From contig NC_135769.1 of the NCBI RefSeq assembly GCF_052425735.1, forward strand, positions 1-64,000: a stretch of 64,000 nt of DNA. Direction: 5' to 3'. The notes beneath the pieces were generated by a model. It searched no databases. It was given only the letters and a program-made list of their open reading frames with translations, and was not told the DNA's origin. The translations under genes were made by a program, and so were the position numbers. This stretch comes from Oculina patagonica (lineage: Eukaryota). Every line of letters begins with the position of its first letter. Position 1 is the first letter of the stretch. Shown here piece by piece: positions 24,001-35,885 of the stretch.

Positions 24001-25024
24001 ATACAGTAATAGCGTTAATCAGCCCCGGCCTGGAACTTGCACCTCCCGACGTTTCTGGGTTCAAGTGTTAAGGGTGGGGTTTTTTTTATGTCAGCCAATC
24101 AGCGGGATGTGTGCTATACTATTTGTATGACTGAAGTAGTATGAAAGTTACATATATTTCAAGGTTGCGTAATCCTTCTTATTTAGAGATTGGTAGAAGA
24201 GCTTCGTCCAAAAAGGGTTGTATTTTTAACAGATGTCGATGGAATATATGACAGACCTCCTGAAAACAAAGGTCAGTGACTTCTTTCTAATGTGCAGCTC
24301 TTATATGAATATGAGATGGTGCTGAGATGAATTCATACAACTTCAAGTTATTCTATTACATCCCTTTTCAATTAATGCCTTTTGTGACGCTTGTTTAGAT
24401 CATGTTACACGAGGCAATTGCAACGCAACTATGACGACTAAAAAAAATAGGATTTCAAGTTGCAGGGAGGGGGGGGGGGGGATGATGCACAAGGCATTCG
24501 CAAATTTGCTCGCAAATCGCAAATTGGAACGCACCCGCTAGAAATTACCATCTTGAACTCTGTCGCAAGCAAAGGCCGCGCTCTGATTGGCTCATTTAAA
24601 AAGAATTGTATTGCAAGGTGCGATTGACACGCGCGTCAACTTTTCTCACAACGATGCGAAAAGCAGAGGACAGTTATTTTTTTTCGTTATATCGTTTGTC
24701 TTTCATGACCTGATCGTTTTATTTTTACTCTGCCGTCTCCTAGATGCAACGTTGCTGAGAAAAGTATGCGTTAAGTCTGATGGGCAAATGGCTGTTGCCA
24801 TAGCAACCTCAAGCCTTAAACATGACGTCACTGGCGGGGTTCGCGAGAAGCTTCAAACAGCGTCGAATATAATTCGTGTTTCTGAAAAGCATACCCGAGT
24901 ATTTGTGTTAAATATAATGTCCGAAGCTATTGCATATTCTGCCTGTGTTCTGGGCGTTTTGGATGGAAATGGCACAGAAATACTAGCAGAAACTCAGGAG
25001 TCCCGTGATGTACAAATTCAGTGA
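21082..25024 (+). CDS. IPK: Isopentenyl phosphate kinase (amino acid kinase family), 284 aa, 6 exons
   Basis: Exons 21082-21239, 21828-21936, 22576-22635, 23352-23513, 24187-24271 and 24744-25024. All introns are GT-AG and the joined frame is open (855 nt). Motifs IIKLGGCAVT.K, IHGAGSFGH, PVLHGD, ILSGD, FLTDVDGIYD and DVTGG..EK. Confidence 0.9.
22085..22282. repeat. Partial dispersed repeat (MITE-like) in IPK intron 2
   Basis: AAAACCAATCGCGACT...GATTGGTTCACTG...GTTTTACGACACTCAATTGAAAACTGCTCTA resembles an abundant coral MITE arm (recognition only). Confidence 0.5.
22730..22910. repeat. Inverted-repeat element in IPK intron 3
   Basis: GTTGTGGTTTAAATTT...AAACCAGTTT / AAACTGGTTT...AAATTTAAACCACAAC. 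Confidence 0.6.
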
Positions 25025-25374
25025 CATTTTCCAAACATGCGTGCATGGGCAAGATCATCCTACTTGTTTTCCTTTATTATAAAAAAAAACATCATTCAAC
25101 AAACTTGGTAGAGCACACAATCACCACCAAGTACCTACGCTTCCCAGTAGGAAGTCTGCAGTCTACAGTCTGCATTTTATAACGATTGGTTAAACAAATA
25201 AATGACATGAAATACATATTCCCCTTTTTATTAAGTGCAGCAAGCAATATAATTATTAACAGACCAGTAGGTCTTTTTATTTTGACTTTCTACTACAACA
25301 AATAAATTCCCGACTGAAGGTGCATGCCGTTTGGTACTCTGCTGTTGAGCATGCGCTGTACTCGCTTCTCGATT

Positions 25375-28300
25375 CTACCCACTTCCTTGGTCTGGATTCT
25401 CAACTGCAAAGAAACCAGGCAGTAAAAATTCAGTGAGACTATATAGTAATGGTAATGTAACGCTCATTAAATAAGCAAATATACAGTTTCGCAAGTTTGC
25501 ATATAACATGCATCCGTCCGTCTTTTCGTTTATTTGTTTTCTGTTTCTCTCGGTATTTATTTATTTTGTTTGTTACCTACATGTTTAAAATCTATGACGA
25601 AAACTCAGACCGAAAACTGATGCTCGATGGTAAAATAAAAATATCAAATGAGCCGTAATTGCTCCGCCCAAGCCTTCTTTATAGGTCCTATTCTCTTTCT
25701 CCAGTCTGTGAAATAAATTCACGGTAAATCATATTTTTACCAATCGCGTAAACAGCATTGGAAAGGTCTTGTCCGGTACAAAATGGGTCATCATCGCCAC
25801 AATCCTCAAAACATTGGTTCTTGCATTCATTTTGGTTTGCCACTCTCTGAAGAAGGAAAGTTTCCTGTGTGACATTACCGCTCCAACACTCGCCTGTGAC
25901 GAATTAAAAAACAGAAATCCTTACTAAGTTTCATGCAAAAGACTAGAATGTGAGATCGAGAAGTTGAGAACAAGAACGAGAGAATAAAGCGTCGAACAAG
26001 TTAGTTTATTGTTTTGAAGGGTTTTATTCAGCAAAAAGGACAAACACTATAAGGAAGACTCAAAAATGTAGTTTTGAAACGAACACATAAAGTAGCCAGG
26101 CCTTTTATAAAAACTAAACACATTTAATAAGTTTTTTTTTTCATTCATTCATAATGTTTCGTTATGCGCCGTTATCACTACTTGATAATTATTATTATTA
26201 TTATAATTATTGTTTGATACAAACCCCAGTTCCTTATACCAAAGACCTCCCGTCCGTGTCCCATTTGTTTAATTCTTTGTGCGCAGCGGCAAACAAAGTC
26301 TGGTAAATGCTCATACCAGTTCGTCCAGTCTATATATCTCCCGCTCCAGGTTTTTTGGGCTCTGGGATCTCGATCATTCAGGATATATTCTGGCAGAAAA
26401 TGACGGCTGGAAAACCTCTCCATGTAGCAGCCTAGCTTTTCGATACGGATGTTGCACATGTCTGTTTTGAGAAACCAAAGACGGTCATGTTATGGTAAAG
26501 AAGCAGCATGTGACTAACAGTGTATGTATGCTGTGACATTACATAAAAACTGACTTTATGAAATAACAAACTCGTTCGTACTTGAATATAGCCTGTTGCA
26601 TGCTAACTCAAGGAAAAGGCCGGGGTACTGGAAAGTAAGGGTACAGACTTTTGCACTACACTATGGGTCCATCCAAAATAACCTCATACTTCAACATCGC
26701 AATTAGATCTATATAAACGGTCACCCACTACCCTGTACGGGGCTAGGCTGTTCAGTGTGTACTAGCAAGCTATTATGTGTTACCAAAAGGCATGAAGTAA
26801 AAGTGAATGCCTGCTGTACTTACCAACAATCCGGTATACCATTGTTTTCCATTGTTTCCCGGCACAGTACCTTGTATTACCGCACGGTTCAAAATGACGT
26901 CCTACACACTCGTCTGGCTTAGCTAAGTGCCCTGACGGCCAACCTTTGTCATTTAACAGTGCCATTTCATCGGCCCAGCACTCACCTAAAACACGTCATT
27001 CAAACTTTGTTAGAGCAAGGTATAGTGTAACTCACTGTACATGGCTTTTATTGTTATGTCATCTGTATAAATTATAGCGCGTTTCATGCGTGCGTAACTT
27101 GAAGGTTTTCCTTTTTTCGGAGTGATGCATGGATACATATATTAAGGTTACTATTGTTGGCGGCTGCTAACTTTAGCAATTTTTCCTGAACAATATTAAG
27201 CGACTATTTAATTTAGCGATTTTCCGACAATTCTAAAAAATAGTGATGCCGTGTAAACCAGTTTTTAATGAACATATAGCTAAATAAATGTTTAGTTAAA
27301 TAACAAACTTACTTGAAATTAAACGAACATTTGCATTGCCAAAAAGAACAAATTTACCTGCTTTCAGTTTTTAAAGAATTTTTCAAGTCAACTATGTTCA
27401 ATTTTGTGTTTCTTTGGGGTCGGGAGCGGGGAGGGGGGAGGACTTAAATTTAAAGAGTATTAAATTTGACCGAGACAAATTTTAGCGAATACTAAATTTA
27501 GCGATTTTTTCCCAACTCAAACAATAGTAACCTTAAGGTAAACACCTTTTAAATCCCGTTTCCAGGGCGAACTGCAAGATACGGATCCTAATTTTTTTTT
27601 TCATTCCGATCTTTTTCCAAGGCGCTAAGCACACGAATCATAAATCGACGGGAAAAATACTCGATCACAAAATCAGTAATAAATAGTCATGAATATTTAT
27701 TTACGTTCAATATTACCAAGGATAACGCGGGCAAACGATGACAACTCCATAAGGTTGTTTGCATCCAAGTATACCAGTTTTCTTGTATAAAAATAATAAA
27801 AAAGTTGCAGGTAAAACGAAAAAGCTTTGGGTCGGTCTTGGTTTGCAATCCTAGAGCTTTTAAGGCTGAAGCGCACCAATCAGTGTGACGGTAGATACAA
27901 CGCACTTTTTTACATAAGGCAATTGCCCTTTGGAATTCCTTGCCGCGTGTGGTTACTGTAGTTAAAGGCCTCCATACATTCAAGAAGAAACTGAGAGAGT
28001 TTCTCTTTAAAAAAAGCCCTGATTGTGAGACTTAAAAAAGTTTTACGTTTTTTAAATGTGTACTTACCGTAGTATTCGATGCCAAATACGTCATATCCAA
28101 GAAGTTTAGCTTTTTTTGCACAGCGACAAATGAATTGAGGCAAGTAGTCATGCCAGTTGGCCCAGTCTGTTGATCGACCTCCATAGTTACCAGCCGAGGG
28201 ATCTCGCTCGTTCAAAATATAATGACGAAGTAAGCGGGGATTTTTTTGATCATTATAACATCCCACTGGTACAAAAGAGGTCCCACAATGGCACATGTCG

Positions 28301-28950
28301 AAATCGGCTAGAAAATGAATACTCAAAATAAATACTATAAAATATACTGTAGCCTCATTTCCATTTTCATACAAATTATTACGATAATTTTTAGTTGTCC
28401 TCTTTATTTTGAGTGGGTGAGTAAAGGGGCTAGGATAAAAGACTTTTATGGTGGGAGAGGGGTGGAACGCATGGAGGAGGGTCGGTGTGATCTTACTGGT
28501 CGCGTCCTCAGTCTCATTTTCCAACCTATTCTGCTAAAACTAATTTACCCATTACTTTATTGGGATTAAACTTCAAAGTTTCAACTCAAAACGTGCCGTT
28601 TCAGTGCTGCTATTTTAATAACCTTAATCTTATGGTTACGTTGCTAGTCCATTACGGGTGACATTCATGAGAAACTTATCAGAACACTTTAAAAATCGCC
28701 TTGTATTAATGGGTATTATTTATTCTACGGATCACTATCATAGGTACTGTGAAAGTAAATTGAATTATCTTCTCGGGGAACAGAACGTAAGGGTCTTGCA
28801 AAGCTTGAAACACCGTCAGTGGATCCTTGCCTTGAACATTTCAATTAAGCCCTCCCTGGCAGTTAGTAGCCCATGTACAGTACCCTGTGGCTTACCTTTT
28901 GCCAAAGTTAAAGAAGCCACCAGTAGAAAAATTCCAACGACGTTTGTCAT
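25375..28950 (-). CDS. Secreted Cys-rich protein with two tandem WSC-like domains, paralog A (291 aa)
   Basis: Exons 28950-28896 (signal peptide MTNVVGIFLLVASLTLAK), 28307-28068, 26985-26824, 26461-26225, 25893-25741 and 25403-25375. All introns are phase 1. Motif GCY.D...R.L...ILN.RD...DW.NW...LP.F.CRCA...FGI.Y.GECW...C...C.G....VY.I occurs twice. Confidence 0.85.
27146..27532. mobile_element. MITE in a paralog A intron
   Basis: TTAA-GGTTACTATTGTT ... AACAATAGTAACC-TTAA, with internal TTTAGCGA repeats. Confidence 0.7.
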
Positions 28951-30397
28951 GACGATAACCAGAGTAGAGTCAGCAATTGGAATAACTTAGCTAGAAAGTT
29001 AAAACCAAACACTAAATATCAGCTTAAAGATTTGGATCCGAAACCTTCGCCACTGTTTCCATGACATCAATTCTTTGTTTCTTCAATATATGTTTCCCAT
29101 CCGTTCGGCGGAAGAAACTGTTTTTTATAACTCAGGTTTATTGTCACGTTAATTTTAGCTTCCAACCAAAGAAATAAAGAAATTTAAAATTAGAATATAC
29201 CATTGCAATTTTATTAGGAGACACAAAACTTACCTGCAGAGCAAGAGCTTAAAGATCTTTTAAGATGAAATGAAAAAAAAGTATGAAAACGTTACTTTCG
29301 TTACTTAACAGCAAAGGTTTGGTTCCTTCTGCGAGTTTTGTTAGTGTGTATATCTGTTTTCTTTTTCTCATTGTAAACAAGATTATTACTTCATTTCTTG
29401 TTATGTATTGTTTGCTTTCATTTCCAACAGTTAGGCCGATAACATTAATTGTTCGTTACATTATGTTTCTACACAGAATTTCTCAAGCTCGTTTGCCGTA
29501 GAGCGTATTAAAAAAACAAATTTAGTTTATTGAATAAAATAATCAAGAAAGTTTAATTTATCAGAATAGCAAATGTGCCTTGACTGTAGTGAGAAAAAAA
29601 CATTGAATTGTTAATAAGTAAAGATTTGTCAGGTTACTTTTCTTTTCCCAACTATTCCCACAAGAAAGAATTAGTCAGCAACACACACGCATTTTATAAT
29701 TCTGAAAACCTGGAAACGTAACAGGTTATGTTTTGAATAATAACATTGTATCTATTACAGACTTGACGAACACGTTAAGTATTTCCTACCAAACCTTTTC
29801 TGAGCAAGTGGCAGGAAAACATGCATTTTATTTTGACAAGAGCTGTTTTGTTTCCTTTTTAAATCAGATAAACCGATCTTCTTGATGTCTTAAGGAAAGT
29901 GATAGTTACCTAAGCATATTGCAGGGTTGACTTTAACGTTGTCCAATCACAGTGAGCAATCTATTTTTCTAGTTTTCAATTTTACGATATTAATTCATTG
30001 CTACTCAACTGATAAAGACAACAAATTAAATTTAATCAACCAGTTTAATTAATTTGACTGTGTCCAGTTCGCTCAACATCGTGAATTCTATTCTCAATAC
30101 ATCAGCGTATCACAGTGATTTGTAATTAACTGCGACATTCCCACGGGAACTGGCTTATATATCAGTTACAACAAAAGTTATTTTAAGAGGAAAACAAGAT
30201 ACCACCGCAATATCTTCTCCGAAATATTTTTCACGTCATCTTTCATATGTTTTCAGTTGTATTTTTTTATTTTCAGTAGCTTGATGTAGTTTTTCTGCCG
30301 CTGATAATGATGCAAAAGGAATTTCACTTTCAGCGTTATGTGGAGAGCTTTTGTAATTTGTTTTTAGGTCTGGGCAAGAGTGTTAATTTACAAGCTA

Positions 30398-30621
30398 GGC
30401 CATCCCAATAACATTGGCACGAAACAGCCTTTGAAAAACTTAGTATCGATGTTAATTAAAGAGAAGGACATCACATCATACAATTGCTGTTAATAAAACA
30501 AGATCGTGTGCTTTTAAATTAAAGTACGTTCCTCTTTGTCTAGTAAATATGGCATTTTTTTTATCTCGAATAAAATGGGTCGGTCGGGCGATGGGAAACG
30601 AAACATTTTATTGGGATGGCC
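30398..30621. mobile_element. MITE with 3-bp TSD (PIF/Harbinger-like)
   Basis: CTA|GGCCATCCCAATAA ... TTATTGGGATGGCC|CTA. The empty site CAAG-CTA-AAGAAG is present in the duplicated copy at ~35609-35621. Confidence 0.85.
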
Positions 30622-30892
30622 CTAAAGAAGCTCTTTGCTGTTTCCCTATAAGGAAAACAACACTAAGTGAAACGACTTATATTCTGTGCTTATACTTGTT
30701 TTACGATATTGTTTTTTTTATGTTTGTATATGTCTGTTACACGGTGGACAGCAATGAATACAACATATTGTGCATCAAGTCATTCTATTTTTAATATTTC
30801 TCTGAACATTCTTTTCGACAAAACTAAATAAAGTTGTCCTGCATTCGAAATCCTTTGGTTATGATTGCAAGTGATGTTCCTTCGTGACTTGT

Positions 30893-33800
30893 TTACTCGA
30901 TAACATTGGCATAGTCTGACATCGAACTTCCCTCTTCGATATGTTCTCCTACAAAAAAGCCAACGTTAGTATAAATGAAGGCAAATTCACGTTTTAATAA
31001 TTGTTTGCGTTTTTTCATGGTCTCCATCTTGGGGCCAGAAAGCTAATTTTATCGTAAGACCGCCGAAAGTTGTTGGAGGTTCTTGAGCCGAGTGAGACTG
31101 AGTTAGGGTGAGGATAAGAGCCCCAGCGAACAAAACACAAGCAACTGATCCAACAAAGTTATCATTTTATAATCCACCGGTAAAATGCCGGCCTTTGATT
31201 CCGGTCTAACTACTTACTGATAGCATAAACAGCGTTAGTGAAGTTCTTTCCCGCACAGAACCTAGTTGAGCAGGCGCAGTCCTTATAGCACTGGTCAGCA
31301 CATTCACCAGGCTGCGCATGTCCTTCCAAAAAGAAGGCTGAATCATCAGGACCACTCCAGCATTCACCTGAGGAAAATAAACAAACACCATTACCTTTCA
31401 TTATACAATTCATCGACATTTTTAAAGAACGCATTTTCGCTGCAGTTTATATAGTTCACAGTTATTTCAACCTGTTACACTGTTACCAATATTGGCTCAA
31501 AAAACCTTTTTGAAAATTTTATTACAACACGGAAAAGTATACTTCCACGAATACTTACACTGCTAACAATACTTTAACCTCGTTGCCAGGGTCTCTCCCT
31601 TGACAATACTTATATTAACTGACTTCACAAAAACGTACACAGAACATAATGGTATAGATACCGTGCTCTCAGATGGAGAAACGTAGTAAATTGAAACTAA
31701 AGTCACTACCGAGGAAATGCTAATGAAGGAGATGTGAGCACAAGCGTTTTATACAAAAATAGATAAAACTTATCTGACACAACTTACAAGAGCACAGAAA
31801 AAGAGTAAATTAGAAAACAAATCAGCATTGAATAACAAGCCAACAAAACGTAGCTAAAGAAAACCTATCTAGCAAGAGATTTACACGAGACGTTTGATTC
31901 CATTTAGTCATTGAATGATCAGCTTTAAACTGTCAGTTTGTAAAAATGGTCTCACCCCAATACTGAATACCAAATAGTCTCCAACCCTTTTTGAGTGCTT
32001 TCTTTGCACAGCGGCAAACGAAATCTGGCAGATGCTCGTACCAGTTTTTCCAGTCAATCAGTTGACCACTGAAACTCGGAAGTTGGTGATCTCTGTCATT
32101 CAAAATGTATGACGGCAAAAGGCGCGGCTCATCATTTTTATCGTTAAAACAGCCAATCCGCTCAAACTTGACACTGCAGAAATCTAAATCAATAAAAATG
32201 CAAACACATACATCAATTGTTGGGAGCACGTATACGGACACGGATGAGTAACATTTGCCGTCGACTCACCTTCAGTGATTCGTATTATTCCCTTTCACCT
32301 ATAATTCATCAATTCGTTCATTCCTTCTTTCTTTCGTTCCATCCATCCATCCTCCCTCTCTCCCTCCCTTCCTTCCTTTCTTGATTTTTTCTCTTTTCCT
32401 CTCTTCCCTCCTTTCCCTTCCCTCCCTTCCCTTCCCTTCCCTTTCCTTTCCTTCCCTTCCCTTCCCTTCTCTTCTTGTCTCTTCTCTTCCCTTCCCTTTT
32501 CTTCTCTTCTCTTCCCTCAATCTACACAAAAGCTCCATGTGTTTTTGGCTTACCAACAATCTTGTACACCATGTTACGGTTCGCCTTTCCTGCACAGAAC
32601 TTTCTCTCGTTGCAGTCGTTCATGTCAGTACCAATGCAATCCTTACATTTCGCTGGACCATGCTGGTCATAATGGTGCAAAGAGCTAATCCCAGCGTGGC
32701 ATTCACCTGAAAGAGGAGACAATGAATCGGCTTGGCGGTATATATTGAAATAATTAAAATAACTTTTGCTTTACAAGAAACCAAGTACAGAGGCAATAAG
32801 CTCAACCAATTGGAAGTAACTTGAAAGCGGCAACATCTAATTGCATTTAGGTCTTGTCCGTATCTCATGATCAGAGATTTTTTCATTTCATTTTATTTAT
32901 TCAATTCTTATATACAACTATTAAGCACAAGCAAACAAATAGAAGGAAAGAAATGAAAAAGAGCCAAATATAGATAGCTAATTTGATGCCCTTGATTTAA
33001 TTACAAAAGAGATTAGGATAAAAAAATAAACTAAACATAGGCGAGGAAGAAATATGAATTAGCTAGTACTGAGCAATATAAACTTTGTAAAGTGCTTTTT
33101 TTAAGCGTTTTCTAGTGGGCATGTTACGTATAGATAGAGGAAGGTCATTCCAAAAGTAGCATCCAATAACAGTGGAGCAAAATGTTCTTATATTTATTCT
33201 GGAGAAACCGGGATTTAAGTGTTGTATGATTACGTACACGTCCCTCTCAAGTAAGCATTAACCCCTTTTTCAATAACTTAAAGATGATTTCCAGTCCGTA
33301 CTGCGCAGACTCGGGGTTTGTTTACGTTTTTGTTTTGAATTCGTTAAAACGTTACACTTCGGTGACAGCATACATGACGTTTTTTTAGTCCGCCATTACA
33401 GTTCGTTTCGTTCAAGAAGTTCCGATGAGCTAAAACGTCGGTTTGAAATAGCGTCAAGGTTCTTCTACTCGTTATTATTTGTTCTGCAAGGATATCTGGC
33501 GTTAATAATGAAGAAAAAGGTAAGTTTGTCGCGGAATTTTTAGTTTTGCTTGTAAACATTCCCCTTTTGCGGGCTCACATAAACATTGCAGCCGAGATTG
33601 CGCAGTACGGACTGGAATTCATCTTTAATAGCATTTTCAATTTCAGACTTTTTCGTATCATAACATACCTATTGAAAGATTAAATAAATAAATTGCAAAC
33701 GCACAATTCAGGAAAACTTTATAAATTATACAAAGTACTATTTACAAGGGAGTAATGACCTCATAAACATTTACCAAAGTATTGCACTCCGAATAAGTCA

Positions 33801-34262
33801 TATCCACGTTCTTTTGCTTGCTTGGCACAGCGGCAGATAAACCCTGGGAGATAATTTTTCCAATCATTCCAGTTGATCTTTTGCCCGCCATAATTAGCGA
33901 TGGATTTGTCGCGTTCGTTGTAGATATAATACGGAAGTGCTCTCTGATGGCGCTCATCTTTAAAACAGCCCAGCGGCTTGAATGAGACTTCGCAGTTGGC
34001 CGGATCCTCACAGAGATTAGACGCTATAATTTAATGCAGAAGAAGAAATTAATGAAGAAGAGTGATGTTGCTTTTAATTGCTGCATTACTGATACATAAG
34101 ATCTAGGGTCTAGCAAAGCTTGAAACAATCTAGGACCCTTGCCTTCAAAATTTGAAATAAGCCCACCCTGGCAGTTAGTAGCCCATGTACAGTACCCTGT
34201 GGCTTACCTTTTGCCAAAGTTAAAGAAGCCACCAGTAGAAAAATTCCAACGACGTTTGTCAT
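30893..34262 (-). CDS. Secreted two-domain WSC-like Cys-rich protein, paralog B (chimeric: A-type 5' end, C-type body)
   Basis: Exons 34262-34208, 34023-33775, 32706-32554, 32183-31956, 31367-31218 and 30948-30893. Open frame with phase-1 GT-AG introns. Confidence 0.85.
32310..32520. repeat. Polypyrimidine (CTTCC)n-like microsatellite in a paralog B intron
   Basis: Seen directly. The equivalent position in paralog C is the N-gap 37166-37299. Confidence 0.9.
32885..33270 (-). mobile_element. 3' fragment of a CR1/L2-like LINE, absent from the paralog C intron
   Basis: The minus strand encodes HLNPGFSRINIRTFCSTVIGCYFWNDLPLSIR, followed by a 3' UTR with AATAAA. Confidence 0.6.
33282..33624. mobile_element. 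MITE with TTAA TSD and AG..CT termini (Kolobok-like)
   Basis: TTAA|AGATGATTTCCAGTCCGTACTGCGCA ... TGCGCAGTACGGACTGGAATTCATCT|TTAA. Confidence 0.85.
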
Positions 34263-35885
34263 GACGATAACCAGAGTAGAATCAGCAATTGGAATAACTT
34301 AGCTAGAAAATTAAAACCAAACACTAAATATCAGCTTAAAGATTTGGATCCGAAACCTTAGCCACTGTTTCCATGACATCAATTCTTTGTTTCTTCAATA
34401 TATGTTTCCCATCCGTTCGGCGGAAGAAACTGTTTTTTATAACTCAGGTTTATTGTCACGTTAATTTTAGCTTCCAACCAAAGAAATAAAGAAATTTAAA
34501 ATTAGAATATACCATTGCAATTTTATTAGGAGACACAAAACTTACCTGCAGAGCAAGAGCTTAAAGATCTTTTAAGATGAAATGAAAAAAAAGTATGAAA
34601 ACGTTACTTTCGTTACTTAACAGCAAAGGTTTGGTTCCTTCTGCGAGTTTTGTTAGTGTGTATATCTGTTTTCTTTTTCTCATTGTAAACAAGATTATTA
34701 CTTCATTTCTTGTTATGTATTGTTTGCTTTCATTTCCAACAGTTAGGCCGATAACATTAATTGTTCGTTACATTATGTTTCTACACAGAATTTCTCAAGC
34801 TCGTTTGCCGTAGAGCGTATTAAAAAAACAAATTTAGTTTATTGAATAAAATAATCAAGAAAGTTTAATTTATCAGAATAGCAAATGTGCCTTGACTGTA
34901 GTGAGAAAAAAACATTGAATTGTTAATAAGTAAAGATTTGTCAGGTTACTTTTCTTTTCCCAACTATTCCCACAAGAAAGAATTAGTCAGCAACACACAC
35001 GCATTTTATAATTCTGAAAACCTGGAAACGTAACAGGTTATGTTTTGAATAATAACATTGTATCTATTACAGACTTGACGAACACGTTAAGTATTTCCTA
35101 CCAAACCTTTTCTGAGCAAGTGGCAGGAAAACATGCATTTTATTTTGACAAGAGCTGTTTTGTTTCCTTTTTAAATCAGATAAACCGATCTTCTTGATGT
35201 CTCAAGGAAAGTGATAGTTACCTAAGCATATTGCAGGATTGACTTAAACGTTGTCCAATCACAGTGAGCAATTATTAATCAACCAGTTTAAATAATTTGA
35301 CTTGTCCAGTTCGCACAACATCGTGAATTCCATTCAATACATCAACGTATCACAGTGATTTGCAACTGCGACATTCCCACGGGAACTGGCTTATGTATCT
35401 GTTACCACCAAAATAGTAAGATTTATGTTACATTTTCCACGTCTCGTTTCATATATTTCAGTTGTATTTTATTCATTTTCAGTACTGAGCTTGATGTAGT
35501 TAATTTTTCTGCCGCTCAGTGATAATTATGCAAAAGGAATTTCACATTCAGCGTGATATTGAGATCTTTTATTATTCGTTTTTAGGTCAGGGCAAGAGTG
35601 TTAATTTACAAGCTAAAGAAGCTCTTCGCTGTTTTCCTATAAGGAAAAGAACACTAACTGAAACGACTTATATTCTGTGCTTATACTTATTTTTTTACGA
35701 TATTGTTTTTTTTTATGTTTGTATGTCTGTTGCACGGTGGACAGCAATGAATACAACATATTGTGCATCAAGTCATTCTATTTTTAATATTTCTCCGAAG
35801 ATTCTTTTCTACAAAACTAAATAAAGTTGTCCTGCATTCGAAATCCTTTGGTTATGGTTGCAAGGGATGTTCCTTCTTGACTTGT

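Noticed and set aside
29283-29501. Identical 72-aa ORF also at 34595
   Set aside because: Antisense to the promoter/5' UTR of the WSC-like genes. The identity simply reflects the segmental duplication.
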